From contig CP000069.1 of NCBI GenBank assembly GCA_000002445.1, positions 1,408,001-1,472,000 on the forward strand: DNA of 64,000 nucleotides. Reading direction: 5' to 3'. The translations under genes were made by a program, and so were the position numbers. The stretch comes from Trypanosoma brucei (Eukaryota). Of the stretch, positions 1 to 13,548 are shown piece by piece. The first letter of the stretch is position 1. The number at the start of each line of letters is the position of its first letter. Under the pieces are notes generated by a model. It did no database searches and had not been told where the DNA came from. It saw only the letters and a list, made by a program, of their open reading frames with translations.

Positions 1-7
1 TGCACCC

Positions 8-3000
8 GTGGGCATCCCACCGCTACAACAACAACAACTTCTTGTTTGCGTGTTGAGGCCTGCGCAGTGCTGCTGTGTCACACTCCTCCTAGTTCCGGGG
101 CCATCGACAGTACCGTCCTCAGGCGGGAACGCTCGTGAAGTAACCGTTCACGTTCTCTCGTTGGATGCCGCGGCATTGTATGAGGGAGTGATGAGGCACT
201 ATGGCCGCATAACCGGTGACGTAGATAAAGGTGGAGTTCATAGTTGTTCGGATAACTCGCTTCGAGAATCACTTAACATCCTGTTAACTTCATTTAGCTC
301 GTTGCATGTAGGCAGCCAATTCCTGCGTTATGAACGCAGCCATCAAGGAAACTTCCACGATTTACGCGCTATCTGGGGGGAGGAAATGCTACGTGTATTT
401 ACACCCTTTCAGGACTATTTCAGGGAGATAGACGTTTCCTACCTTATTTTCATGCATCATGGGAGTTTCATAGATTGCACGAATGAGGAACCGTGCGAGT
501 CGCGTTTGGAATCCTTGATTGCCTCTCTCCTTCAGTCGGCGTCCCTCCGGCCCATGTCTACCAACCCAACTGTTTTCCTTCGTGCAACTGAAGTGGTGGA
601 GGATGTGCAAGTAGAAGAGGGTGTCAATACAAGCAACGTCTCTGAACTAGCTAATGTTCCGTTTCTGATGAAACTGGCTCTACTTCGCGTTTCTGAACCC
701 GGTTATGTGAATGACTGTGCTTGGATTTCGGCACCATGTGAGGGAGTTACTGGGGAAACCGATTGTGTGAAGTTACTCTTGGACATTTTCATGCAGCGTA
801 AGCGCTACCATCAAAAACAACGCCTTGTGCTTCAATGTTTTATCAAAACGTCTCCCTGCCAGCTTTTCGACGTTGCAGGGGGCGAACGGAGTTTGACACC
901 GCAGGTAGCCAGGGATATCTTCCGGAAACTTCAGGAAACACCCCGAACACAAGGGGGTTCAGAACCCGCGTCCAACCTGCAAACCTTCTTTGCGGAGGAA
1001 ATGCACACAGAAACTCTTCAAACCCTGCGCCGTTGGTCACTTCCCTATGAAGAGATCCCAATGAAAGCCCGCCTTTCCTTTGATTCCCTTATATGGGGCG
1101 CCATATCTCAAATGGTGCAGTACAGTTTAACAGAGAGTTTGAAGTCTCAACCATTTGAAGAACTTCGGAATGTTGTCATGGGCGGCCAAACATCCGATGC
1201 AGAAGAAGGATTGGTTAGTGATTCTGGTCAGCCCAACAAGGTTACTTCTGATGCCAACGCTGCTGATGCGCGTGGGGAGGGCGTGGATATGGAAGTTTTA
1301 GCACACGACTCTGTGGATGTTGTGGAGGCTGTTAGTCGTATTGTCGGGTTGAGTGAGCTGATGTCGGTAACTGTCATTCCTGCACTTCTCAGTGTTCCGT
1401 GCTTTGAATTGGATTCGTTTACTGTGCAGTTTACTCGGCAGCCAGCGTGTGCTGACAATGTAGAGCCGTCGATTGTTTTGCGTGATGTCTTCACACGTTG
1501 TCTGTCGGAGGATCTTGTGTGTGTCGTACCCGCATCAGATTTTTGTTATTTGTTCATTCCGAACAGGAGATACTTCTCCTCGTGGTGGCTAATGATCGAT
1601 GTCAGAACTGTTCAAGAAACAGCGACGGAGTGTAGGTTGCGTCTTCTTTGTAACAAGCCCCGGGACCCCGACGTCTGCGGGCGTGTTGGAAAGCACTTAA
1701 GACGGCTGATAGAGGCTAGGGTGCGGGAGGCAAACCAAATGTATCTACTTAGGCAACTACGTGATACACAAAGTGCAAATAAGGAGCTGATACCGTTTCA
1801 TTGGGGAAACCAATTCAACCCTCCGGCACCTATCAATAAAAACAAGAAGGGCTCTGGGCCACCGACGCAATTGGCAATGACTTCTATGCCATTCCACTGC
1901 CGCGGTGTGGCTGTGCGTAAAATTCCAGTGTACTACAAGTTGCAACACCAGTGTCAAAAGGTTCTCAATCGTATAACGAACAGCAGTTCGAGATTGGAAC
2001 TCATAAACATCTACAACAGGGAACAATGCTTCATTGTTGCTGACGACGCACAGAAGGACACCTTTCACTACATTAGGCTTGTGTTTGTCAAAGACACGTC
2101 GAGTCAACCGTCGGTGACGGAGCCCGCGCCCAGATTATCCCCGGCTGATTGCTGTCCTTGGGTGGTGGTGCAACTCTTTAGTGCAACGAAAAATGCCCTC
2201 GTGAGCCGGCCTCTTCGCAAACTAGAGGATTTCCTTTACTTGTTGGCTGTTCAAGAGCTACGGGACCACCTGAACTACGTACAACACAAAGTTATTTCTT
2301 CTGTTGACCTCAATTTCTTGCAGTACAAGGCACTGGATCCAATTACCATTGATTTAAAAGATGCTAATGATGATCAAAACCTGGATGAAACTGATACGCA
2401 ACTGGCTTTTGCCCTTGTAGTTCTGAGTCTCCATGAGATGAAATTTAAGCACTTCGAGGTGGAGAGCGAGCAAACTGGTGCTTTCAGTAATTTCATGGAG
2501 TACTACAAACTTCAGATGCGGACAGATCGCTTGACTAATGCGTCCACCGCCGCGCAACCGGTACTTGGTGATGTATACAAGTGCGGTTGGAATGCGCTTT
2601 TGCGTTTCGTGAAGGTAATCGAGAAGGAAGCGGATGTACTTGTTTCTTGTTCTGTCCAGGTAAACAATGATTCACGGTTAGTAGTAAGCAAGTTTCTAAC
2701 TAAAGCGCCAGGTGACTGGTGTTGTGTGGGCGATTCTGAGAAAACCTACCTCATGCAAATCGATGATGCTGTAAGCATTGGTTTGAGCCGGTGGCGGTTC
2801 TTCATCATGACACGGGGTTTCGGGGTAATGACGTTGTCTCAGGTTGTGCCTGCCGTTGACAAGATGCTGGACTTCTGCACCAGCACATTGTGTGCCAACT
2901 CAGCGGTTTTACGTCTGAAAAAATTTTCGCTTGACCGTGTGAGTTTGGCGGTGTTCCCTTTGTTGGTTGAGCGTCTTGTCGGCGTGTTGGAGCCGCTCTC

Positions 3001-5533
3001 ACCGGTTTGTTTTGTGTGTAAACCAAACAATCCTCCTTCGTTCCTAGTTGGGTTCCCATGGCGGTGGTGTGAAGAACTCCAGGGTGGTCCGCAGACTGAA
3101 CATGCTGAGTTTGTCGTAGCGTGTGGATTTCACATCTCCGTTGGTGGAAGCGGAAGCACCTCTGGTAGCATTGTTCCAGTCACTCGAGCTATGCGTGTGA
3201 TACACCCCGACCTCCCTGTTAGTAAGACGCCGGCGTTAGCACGAAGCCAGTTTCTACTGTCGCAAAACATAAAAGTGTCGTCGTCGGGCGAACCCCGCGC
3301 GCTGATTCGGATCTCTCTCGCTGAAGGGCTGTCAGTATGCTTACTTGATCTACTTGATTCCGATAACTGGATGCAACTCGTGGGACACGTTGTTGCGGAG
3401 GTAGAGAAGGAATCAGACTTAATGCACGATATCATGGTTCAGCGTCTGGGTTTATCGTTGCCGGCCCGGCTAACGGAATCTATACTGGTGAGTTCGTGCT
3501 GTGGCTCCAGTGTAGACGTGCCGCAAGATGGCTGGATAAACGTACGGACTGACGAGTGCCGCTGGACCGGCAGCAATGTGCGGTTACCACCACAGTCTAC
3601 CCTTCGTTCCGACATGCTTACGATAGTTATGGAAGGGCTATGCAATCGTGGTCTGCTTGCGAACGATACAATAAGGATTGAAGATGCTGTTACTGCGCTG
3701 TATAACGAGTGTCCTCAACTTTCACTGAGGGCGTGTCACGATTTTCTTCGAAATTTTGTTCGTGAGGGAGTGTTCAAGGTAAAGCACAAGTCACTTACCT
3801 TCCGCACGGGAAACACAGTCAGTTTGGCGGAGGATGTGATGACCGCGTGTGCCTTCCGGAGACACGTCCATGGAGCACGTCTTCTCATTGAGTCGCAACA
3901 TTGGCAGAAAGGGAACGCTGATTCGCTCCAACAGATCGAGTCATTTTGGTGCACCGCACGCCGGGACGGTGAGGTGAGACTTGCTCAGGCCGTGGTGTCC
4001 CTTCAAAGTCATAACAAGCAAATTTACTGTTCTCGTGTCTCAGATTTTACTTTGCGCTCCCGGACTCACTGGCAGCCTTCAGATGATATTCTTCCACCTT
4101 CATTACCGCGGGGGGCTAACTCGCACTCTGAATACTGTCCTTCAGTGGACTCTGCTTTGCAGTCTTACGTTCAACACATTCACGGGATTTTCCCCACGGC
4201 ACGGGTCGTTGACTTGGACCCCCGAGACACAACTGTAACATCGGATGCGACACTGCTATGCCGATTCCGCTGCCGTTATGGTAAAATGGCTGACCCACAA
4301 GGAGGGGAAATAACCTTTGTTCCACATTTGTACTACGTGCTGGTCCCAGTAGCAGACACTGTTAAAATGATGGGACTGGCGCCGCTTAGGGAGGTGGGGG
4401 ATCACTGGATTGTAAAAGGTGGGTTGTTTATCGTGGAGATTGGATTTCAGGTTGTCCACTTCGCCCTGGACGTTTTTATGGTCAGCGGCTGCTCGCTCTC
4501 GGATGGCACAGCGGCCAACGCGGCCACGTGGTTCAAAAGGAAGCTTATGTTCAGCACTGTGCTCTATGATTTGACGGTTTGGCGGCTGCTTCATTGTGTT
4601 CAGATGTATGCGACCCATTTACCCGGGCAGTGGCAGACTTCCGATGCTATTGAAAACCTCGTGAAGTATTATCCAAATCCGCCTAACGAGAGCCTCAATG
4701 TCGCTGCTGTTTTCGACTTGGACGAGCCGAAATTGCGGCGCCTGCGACGACTAATGCCAAACGAGCAAAACGCTGCTCCCGGTGTCAACGCCGTCAACGA
4801 CGTCCATTTGCAGCAGCTTATCCCTGAACAAGGCGAGTTGCTTCATCGCGAATCCACAGGAGAAAAATATCAATATTGTGGTTTGATGTTATGGCGGTCG
4901 TTGCGCTTGTTAGTGTTGGTTTCCACTTTGCGCGACGTCGCCCATTGCGATAGGCGTCAGAATAGTGACCTTTACAAGTTGGTAATGAATGCGAAGAGCT
5001 CACTCCTTCGGATGCTCATAGATAGCACACTTCGGCAGCAGTTGCAACTAACGTGGAAGAGATTCCTCACACCTCCAATTGAAGCACAGGAGCTACAAGA
5101 GGGTGATGTGGAGGAGGCGTTGCAGGATTTACGCGTTTTGCAAACGAAAAGCGCAAGGGTATCTATTGTTAGTTTTTTAGAACCGTTCCTTTCCCTAGAT
5201 TTGAACTGGGCGAATGCGCTTTTCAACTCTGGAAGATACCTATCACGGTTGTGTTTTAATGAATATGCCCTTCATTTATTACCCGTTGATGGCAGTCAAA
5301 CGCGGGGTGGAGCCATTATGACTTTGGGGAGTGGCTCACTTGACTGTGGATGTCTCGTTGTTGTCGAATTCAGTCGTTGTGAGGAGCGTGGAGTAATAGA
5401 AAATGGGGTATTGTACAGGAGTTACGGCGAACGGATAACCTCCACTTCATCCATGAGTGAAGCCGAACTGGAACTTGTTGAGTGTGTGTTAGGGATTCTC
5501 TCTAGTCTTTTGTGGAGTGGTGAGGCATGCTAG
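8..5533 (+). CDS. 3' 1841 codons of a very large ORF (5' end outside window); hypothetical protein, no recognisable catalytic motif
   Basis: Uninterrupted 5.5 kb frame, which is very unlikely by chance at this base composition. Codon usage is similar to the downstream RHS genes and it is on the same strand as the RHS cluster. No Walker A, kinase, LRR or other motif was seen by eye. Confidence 0.55.
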   Translation: MGIPPLQQQQLLVCVLRPAQCCCVTLLLVPGPSTVPSSGGNAREVTVHVLSLDAAALYEGVMRHYGRITGDVDKGGVHSCSDNSLRESLNILLTSFSSLHVGSQFLRYERSHQGNFHDLRAIWGEEMLRVFTPFQDYFREIDVSYLIFMHHGSFIDCTNEEPCESRLESLIASLLQSASLRPMSTNPTVFLRATEVVEDVQVEEGVNTSNVSELANVPFLMKLALLRVSEPGYVNDCAWISAPCEGVTGETDCVKLLLDIFMQRKRYHQKQRLVLQCFIKTSPCQLFDVAGGERSLTPQVARDIFRKLQETPRTQGGSEPASNLQTFFAEEMHTETLQTLRRWSLPYEEIPMKARLSFDSLIWGAISQMVQYSLTESLKSQPFEELRNVVMGGQTSDAEEGLVSDSGQPNKVTSDANAADARGEGVDMEVLAHDSVDVVEAVSRIVGLSELMSVTVIPALLSVPCFELDSFTVQFTRQPACADNVEPSIVLRDVFTRCLSEDLVCVVPASDFCYLFIPNRRYFSSWWLMIDVRTVQETATECRLRLLCNKPRDPDVCGRVGKHLRRLIEARVREANQMYLLRQLRDTQSANKELIPFHWGNQFNPPAPINKNKKGSGPPTQLAMTSMPFHCRGVAVRKIPVYYKLQHQCQKVLNRITNSSSRLELINIYNREQCFIVADDAQKDTFHYIRLVFVKDTSSQPSVTEPAPRLSPADCCPWVVVQLFSATKNALVSRPLRKLEDFLYLLAVQELRDHLNYVQHKVISSVDLNFLQYKALDPITIDLKDANDDQNLDETDTQLAFALVVLSLHEMKFKHFEVESEQTGAFSNFMEYYKLQMRTDRLTNASTAAQPVLGDVYKCGWNALLRFVKVIEKEADVLVSCSVQVNNDSRLVVSKFLTKAPGDWCCVGDSEKTYLMQIDDAVSIGLSRWRFFIMTRGFGVMTLSQVVPAVDKMLDFCTSTLCANSAVLRLKKFSLDRVSLAVFPLLVERLVGVLEPLSPVCFVCKPNNPPSFLVGFPWRWCEELQGGPQTEHAEFVVACGFHISVGGSGSTSGSIVPVTRAMRVIHPDLPVSKTPALARSQFLLSQNIKVSSSGEPRALIRISLAEGLSVCLLDLLDSDNWMQLVGHVVAEVEKESDLMHDIMVQRLGLSLPARLTESILVSSCCGSSVDVPQDGWINVRTDECRWTGSNVRLPPQSTLRSDMLTIVMEGLCNRGLLANDTIRIEDAVTALYNECPQLSLRACHDFLRNFVREGVFKVKHKSLTFRTGNTVSLAEDVMTACAFRRHVHGARLLIESQHWQKGNADSLQQIESFWCTARRDGEVRLAQAVVSLQSHNKQIYCSRVSDFTLRSRTHWQPSDDILPPSLPRGANSHSEYCPSVDSALQSYVQHIHGIFPTARVVDLDPRDTTVTSDATLLCRFRCRYGKMADPQGGEITFVPHLYYVLVPVADTVKMMGLAPLREVGDHWIVKGGLFIVEIGFQVVHFALDVFMVSGCSLSDGTAANAATWFKRKLMFSTVLYDLTVWRLLHCVQMYATHLPGQWQTSDAIENLVKYYPNPPNESLNVAAVFDLDEPKLRRLRRLMPNEQNAAPGVNAVNDVHLQQLIPEQGELLHRESTGEKYQYCGLMLWRSLRLLVLVSTLRDVAHCDRRQNSDLYKLVMNAKSSLLRMLIDSTLRQQLQLTWKRFLTPPIEAQELQEGDVEEALQDLRVLQTKSARVSIVSFLEPFLSLDLNWANALFNSGRYLSRLCFNEYALHLLPVDGSQTRGGAIMTLGSGSLDCGCLVVVEFSRCEERGVIENGVLYRSYGERITSTSSMSEAELELVECVLGILSSLLWSGEAC

Positions 5534-7889
5534 GGATGAATAAAGCAAATTACCTGGAAGACGTAGGATCCGTTGCACACTGTTTCCTTAGTTTTTACTG
5601 AGAAAATTGCACACGCCACGCAGCGCTGATAGTTGAATACAAGAAAATGGAATTCTCCACGCACTTGATCGGTGTGCTTTAAATGTCTTATACATTCAAC
5701 TCGGAGCCTTCCCCATTTCCTCTTCTGTCGTTTCTACACCCACCCTTCTACTTTTCCATCCGTGTTTGATAAACTATAAGGGGCAAAAGAAAAAGGCGAC
5801 AAAGGCACGGCGACATGTAGAAATTAAGGCGTCAGATCATATAGAGAATTCGCGTTCATCATCAACTTCTTGCGAATAACACGATCACAAGAATATACCG
5901 CAAACCTTAGTCGTTATTCAAAGATTAGCCATGTTCGTTCCTACGGTTGTTTTAACTCCGTTCGGTGGCCTGAATACTTGTTGGAGAGTGTAAACGTCTG
6001 AAGTAAAGCGTCAGTAGGGGAGGCAAAAGGTGTTTCTATCGGTATGCTTGGAGGGAGAAATTACTCTCCCTATTTACATTCCAGCCCGATCCTCAGTAAC
6101 TTCACTGTCGTGGAGACGATGTTGCCAACGTGGTAACCCGCGAATCTGTCATTCTGCTTTGGGTTCTGCTCACGAACTTTATCTTGTTAGGGAAAAAAAA
6201 TTAATAAAGCTGCCACACCTGTTAGGTGAGTGGCTTAACTCGCCGTGTTGCCAGAAGGTTAGACGCGGGTTCGGGTTTGTATAATACCAGGCAATTGCTT
6301 GTGTGGAGTTCGCAATTTTATTTGTTTGATTGATGGATGGAAAGTCCTGTTACAAAATAATGGCGTCTTATCGAAACCAGCCATATCACCTTATTGTCTG
6401 GGTTACGGACTCCGACGCGGTGTGTGCGGGGGGGAGGGGAATATTTTCATGTAAGTTGTTGTTTAGGTATTGAGGCATGTGAATTGCTGTTGGTTAATGG
6501 TGAAGGAGTAAACGGCAACGCGGTCTCTTTTCTCTGATGTGAGAAAGGGATTTATTCATACGGCATCCTCGGCATGAAGCTGCATTTCTATGGATATTCG
6601 ATGACAATTCTTGTTATTAGCGCCCAGGTGTGTCAAAAGGAGCACAAGTCCATTTTTTTTCGTGTCTCGCAATGGAATACTGGTGTCTTTTCCCAGTCAG
6701 GAAGAACAAACCTTGCGAAAGTGTGCTCGAGAAAAGAAGAGTGGGTTTTTGCACTTTACAGGAATTACATCTGTGTAAAGAAGGGGAACACACAATGACG
6801 TATTTATACCAGAACACTAGAATGACGTGATACCTTAAAGGTTGATTGGTGCTGACACTTGCGAGGGGTGCCAGAGACGTAGTACAGGGCTCGCAAGAAA
6901 AAGAATAATAATGGAAACTGTGGAAACGTTTCAACTAAACTGAAAGTCGATCAGGAGTGACGGAACACACTTGTGTCAATATGTTGCTGGGGATATCTGT
7001 GATTACCCGAGCACCGCTAGAGAAGGCACATAAGGGACAACTTAAGGATGTGCAGAAAAGAAATAGAATATCAATGAGAGGGAAGTGGAAACTTGAACAT
7101 CTTACATATCATTTGGAATGCTACCTTCGAATAGGGTTCAGCAGAATATCAGGGATAAACGATATTGGCATCTGAAGGAATAGTGGTTACTTATAGGAAT
7201 AGGGATTCACAATGAAGCTGAGGAAATTTTTTTCAGTTGTTGGAGGTGTAGGAACAGAGGCTGCATAAAGGAGGAGGGAAGACAGTGAAAACATTAATGA
7301 ATCTCTTGAGGAGTTAGAGAGACCGACGCCTGAAAAAAAAAAAGAAAAAAGGACACCGCCAGAAGGGCTGAACATAGCACACCATCAATTCGGATGCTGT
7401 GCTGTGAACTGTGCGTGTTCCTGCTCAGGAATCTGCTGAATATGCCAAGAGTGGCCACCCGTAGAGGGAGAATAGAGATTAAAAAGCTGCAAGTGACGCA
7501 ACTTTCCCAGTAACGAAGGCGTCTCCCAAGACGGCCCTCCAGCACCCTCAAATAAAACAAGATATACGTAGCGACTTGTTTTCTTCAAGCACGTGTGGTG
7601 CACGCGCAGACACATGGCATAGAAACAGCGTAATACTTTAAGGATAGAGTGCTGGGAAGCTTCATTGGTTTAATTCCAATATTGTGTCTTAAAGGTACTG
7701 CGCAGATAATGTTAATTGGGGATCACCTTGCAAAAGCGAATCGTTATTTCACATGGAATTGATACATTTCGTATGTAAAATATTCGAGCAACAACATTTA
7801 GAAATAACCCCAAAAATAACATATTCCTCTTCCGTCAAGTGCGCGAACACAAAGTGGAAGGGTCAAAGTTTTCCTTCAAATGAGCGACT

Positions 7890-7975
7890 TCTTGCGAGCT
7901 CAGACCTCTTCACAATTTATATTTGATGCTGCTCGTGTGGGTTATAAATGGTGAGAGGAGGACATGTAAGGAAGT
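7890..7975. repeat. Dispersed about 85 bp repeat, copy 1 (partner 29993-30078, about 90 percent identity)
   Basis: Core ..cagacctcttcacaatttatatttgatgctgctcgtgtgggttataaatggtgagaggaggaca.. is present at both sites on the same strand. The two copies flank the RHS cluster. Confidence 0.7.
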
Positions 7976-10900
7976 GTGTTGAATGGCGAACTAAATGGTG
8001 CCGACCAATCAGTGCAAATGACTGAAAGTGATCTCACCAAGATGCACATGTGCTAATAGAAAAATGGAGAAAAGGGGATAATTAATTATTATGATTATTA
8101 TTTTGATTAACCGGACGAATCAACACCCACATATATTTTGTGCGCATATCATAAAAAAATGAAAGAGTTTTAAAAAACACATGCATTATTATAGAGCCAA
8201 ATTATTCTTGTTAGTACTCGGAATGGTTGGGGAAATGTGTAATAAAACTGAAAGCGTAATATGAAGAAATTTGGGATTGCATTTGGATTGCTTTTGGTCA
8301 CTGCCTCGTCACAACGTTGAGTCAACTTTGAATGGAGACGGGAGTTAGCACAGCATGGGATCTCATTTATCAACTAAGGAAAGCAGAGATGAATGATTTA
8401 TTTTCTTATTGAGGCAAGACTGCGTGACAAGCTGTCAAGATATCGTGTTGGCTGATGCAGCTTTTGGGCCACACGTGTGAAACTGTTTTATTTTTCTTTT
8501 TTTTTTTTAAAGGAGAAACTGAAACATTTACTGCTGAGGATGTGCGGTTATATTCCTTGTTTGTCACGTGTTATTTAACTGTGCCATCTGTTGTTCTGTC
8601 TTCTGGAGGACATTATGCAAAAAAATTACAATTTTTTGAGATGATGTTGTGTATTTGGATGGGTAATGTCAAACAGATGTTGAATAAAGATGAATATAAT
8701 TAACATTATTCCCGCTTATAGTAACCATAAATTCAATGATATGAAATATATTACCGCTTAAACTTTTAGTAACAACACGATAGGAAATAATGTAAAAATA
8801 AAATCTGTGTGCAGTGTTGTACAGTATCATTTGTGTGCTTTGCGTGCATATGTTGATGATGCTTAGTTACTTATTTGCTACTATAAATGAGACTGTGTGA
8901 GTTTTGCTCTATTCTTTATTTACATTGTAAGATATGTTGAATTGTTGAACATTTTGCTTTTGTCACTTTACAGCTATATTAGTGTGGTTGTGTTTTGCTT
9001 CGATGCATGCTGAGAGTTCAATTGTTGGAAGTCGTTTCGACCAATAGGTTGCACTTACTTACGTTGAGTTTCTTTAGATACACTTTTATTTTTTATTTCT
9101 TTATCAATGCATGAAATATATATATATATATGTTTATATTTCTTGTTCTTACTTTTCTATCTTAATATTGATTATGTTTCCTTACTCTGTTGTGTAGTCC
9201 TCACATTCCTTAACATGCAGTAATTTTTTTAATCCCACAAAATCTCCCACACCTCTTTCATGGAAAAGGGTATACGTAGTAAGGTTTTGATTGCCACTAT
9301 TATGTTAGATATTAATTAATGATCAATTCAACTTATCATTCTGATAAAAAAAATGTATGCATAACTTAGTGTATTGCTTTCGAACTGTAAATGTGTACTC
9401 ATTCATGTGGAAGATGTTTTTATAACCTCATTTTTTGTATTTTCGTTTGTGCGATTTAATTTCAGAATATTTGTCTTCAGTTTGTGTTTGAACTCCTCAT
9501 GAGCATTTAGTTACTCCTTCCTTTGAGTAGTTTGTTATTCCATGTGCAGTTTAACTGAATTTATGATCATTTGTAGTAAATTGATGTTCTAACATGGTCA
9601 AGGTATTTATTATTTCTTGCTGGAAGGTGTTTGTAATTTGAACACGCACGAAGGTAAACATATGAATTTCTTTTTCACACTTACACAGTGGTACAATGTG
9701 ATTATTTCTATATATATTCTTTTCATAATACTTTGGATACTGCGCACATAACATTCCTTCCTTCTAAAACTTTGTACACCTTTTACTTTTTCTCTCTTGT
9801 TGTTTAGAAATTTTCATGACGCCGTACATAATAACATAACTAAGCATTAGGAATATAATTGTATTTAGTGTCATATTTACTCCCCTAGTATTACTTACAA
9901 TATGAAGGGGAAAACTGGTAAAGGAATATAAACATACAAGAAGTGAGATTACGTGACAGTATTTTCCTTATGCAACTGTGGAAACAGGAAATTGTGTATT
10001 AAATATCTGTCTGGAATGGGGAGAAAAACAAAGTTGAAAAGGTATTACGAAGGATTACAATGTGTTTTCATGATGTTACAATAAATGGTTTTATTCAGAT
10101 GCATATTGGGAGCACTTACCACGTGTTTGACTCCAACAATGTGAAAATGAATTTATTTATGGATATGCCGACTTTAATTGCCATCTGATGATTCATTACA
10201 TTCTATTATAATGAACTCAGCAGCTTACAGGAATCATCAACCGGAACGTGAAAATTTTATCAATAAAAAATTTGGCAACGGGAGATGTTGTCAAGTTACT
10301 GCACAAAACCGATGTATTACATTTTGTATATTGAGGAAGTAAGAATGGAATGGTTACTGTCTTTTCTGGAGTGAAGTTTCGGTTGTGTTGTGCCTTTAGG
10401 ATCGTAATATTCTTCAAAAATGAGAAGGTTATGACAGTGACAACATCGCGACAGGAATATACCAGCGATAATCTTTTTAACTGGAAAATGGAAAGTCTAG
10501 TTCTTGATGTGCTGTTGGAAAGTTATGCAGTTTGTTTTTTTATATACAAAAGCGGTGTCGCTTTTATTGTGAGTTTGCAGTCTGTAAAAAAAGCAACACA
10601 ACGGAGTGTACAGGAACTTTATTGTAAATGATGGCGGTCGAAAGCAGTAACAACTCGTACGTGTCTCTCAGTTCTACAGAGAAAAGCCGCGGAATCTCCA
10701 GTAAAACAAACCCAGCCAATGCACAAATGGGAAATCCATCCAAAATGCGATTCACTGGACAACGTAAGAAATCGAGTAGTCATGCATTTGGTTTGGATTA
10801 CTACCAGTTGGTGGAAAGGGATATAGCTTTACTGCGGAGGGAAAATCTTATCGCACATCTTCATAACAAGGATGCCATCATTGTGGATTAGGGAGCTCTC

Positions 10901-13100
10901 ACAATAACTTTCAATACTGATCCGTACAGGGCAGTGTGAGGCACGCGGTTATCGCAGTTGGGGGATATCAAAAAGTTTTTGAGTGTGTGGGAAAGAATAA
11001 CGGCACCCAGCAGTCGATTTGTCAAAAAGACACTAAAACCTTACGGAATGACGGCACCTTCAACAAAAAGGGGAGAACTTTCACCTTCACGCAACAGCAG
11101 TAGTCGCAACAGAGAACGATTTGGAATCCCGCATTTTAGCAGAAATGTGAAAGCATGTAAACACCAAGGAATTTCCTCGCAACACCGCTCGCCATCTCGA
11201 GTTGCGGGCTGACGTATGAAACGGTTCAGGAAATTTAACAGCACTAATGTAAAGATATTTGATGAATGGGCAGCTTTCTCGTAGATGATTTCACACCCCA
11301 CGAGGAAAGTAGCGGGACACGTCTTCATTCCAGAGGCTCAGCATTTTGTTATTTGCTCATCAAATTAAAGTGACTTCGGAGACTCAGCAGCAGCAGAACT
11401 TTCCGGTACAACAGATAGATGCGACTAGGTTATCACTGCATTGGGTTAGAGAGAGAGACCTAACATCCAGTCTCGACGGCGATATGATGAAATGTAGCAA
11501 ATTACGCGTAAAGCCCCGAAGCGTAGGAAGATTGGGAACAATAACCGAAATTGACTGTTTCCAAAGTAGATGCATTTATTTTGGAGACTCATCATGGGAT
11601 GGGTAGTGCCAGCTTTACAGTGATGAAGGGGAAGCCAAGTCACGAGTAGATGTTTTATCACACGGCCAAAGCTGATAAATAACCATGATAATTATGAAAC
11701 CATGGCCTCATTAGAACATGTGTTCCGTTATTTGATTGCAGTCTGCAATGAAGCTGCAGCATTCATCTTTGACTCAAAGGCTCCGTTTCTTTCTTTCAGG
11801 TGGAACTTGTAGCGTATATTTGCGCATGTCTCCGGTTGCCAAACGAAGAATGGAAAACTTGTGGAACCAATCCATCTTTCAATGGGTTATGAATATGGTT
11901 CAGGATATCCTACGCACGATTATACTCAGGCCCCGGAAAGAGACACAGAAGTGGTTTAAAGAAAATGTATCGCACCGCATCGCTAAAAACATGTGCGAAC
12001 TTATAACATTCGCATAAAGTGTATTACAGAAAGTCATCAAGGAGTTGGAGTGTAATGATAAGGGAGCATATGGTACAATACGGTGCCATGGTAGGAGAAA
12101 GCAAACTCTTCGCAGAATACAATTTCATATGGGTTCATTTTGATCACGAGAGAAAAATATGCCACCTTTCGGTGGAGCAAACAAACGGCAAAACTCAGGA
12201 AGGCCGCTTCGATGGAAAAAACAAAAACGAGAAAACAGTTGAAGAACATAATATCCCGCATGATGTACACGGCAGACGTACGAGGAAATTCTCTATTCCA
12301 ACAACATTATCTCTTTTTGAAGATGGTGCGCCGACGACCTTTAAAGCTCAATACATGATTATTGGAGGAAACTGATTCGACTCGCCTTTCATCGTATTCC
12401 ATGAAGAGAAAACAACAGTGGCTTAATATATTTCTTAACAGCGAGTATGTCAATTCACCGAGTTATTTACCAACACCATCCAAATTATTCGCAGGCACCT
12501 CAATGAAAGATTGGGAAGCAATACCGTTTAGGGTTAGTGGGAAGTTATGAGCCCCAGGAGGACCAGTGGGCGCAACCACATTTTTGTGTTTCGCAGGTGG
12601 AGGCGAGAGCAGTAGACTTGAAATTACAAAGGCATTTGGAAATAACATTTCATCACAGCTGCACCGGTGCATTAACAATACCAAGTTCATACATGTAACA
12701 ACTAAAGTGAATGTACAATTCATAGACTGTTGTGTGAAGTAACTTTAATCAACCAGATATTGAAAGAAGCGGAAGCATCAAAGTCACTTGGGACTGCGTT
12801 ATTTTTACACATTATTATGCTGATGGTATTTTACAGGACGAGGCAGTTATGGTCAGAGACATGACGAAATGCTGGAGCTTGCAATGCGGATAGTTGAGGG
12901 AAGATTAAGTACAGTAACAAGATTTCTTTCTTGTAATTTTTATTTAAAAATAATGTATAAGATATATAATAATTATTTTCTCTCGCTCAATACGTCTCTG
13001 GTTTGAGGTATGAAGACAATATATTTATATTTATTGTTGCTTTCAGTATTTTGTTTTTTTTATTTCTTTGTAAGGTGTGCCAGCCACTAACTATTCTGCA

Positions 13101-13548
13101 TGTAACTGAGTATTCTACGTTTTGCATAGCTTATCACTAAAACTATTATTTCCTATTCCTCAATGTAATGTCGAACTAATTTATTTTTTTTTCTTTTGCA
13201 TACATATATATGTAAGTATATTATTTTTTTCTGAAATGATTGTGTACAGTAGTTGGGAAATGTTGTTTGGGTTTTCCTCCAAACAGAAATGTTTATTCAT
13301 ACTGTCATGCCTTATTTGTGCTTAAGTTGCCGTGGCTCCCCAACACATGATAAGATTTGTATTGAATCCTAATTTTAGTAAATAGTTTTCATCTGTCATA
13401 TTAATTCCTAATATTCATTTATTGTATATTTATTTTGGTTTAGAAGTGTATCCGTTTTATATTCCCTCATCTTAATTCTTTTTTTTTATATTACAAAGAA
13501 AGGAAATAACACAACGCACTCAATTAAGATTATTATTCGGAGAGTGAA
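13101..13548 (+). repeat. Duplicated RHS 5' flank, copy 1 (partner at 18271-18712)
   Basis: About 440 bp nearly identical to 18271-18712 and ending at the RHS ATG in both copies (..ttattcggagagtgaaATGaatcaacag). Confidence 0.85.
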
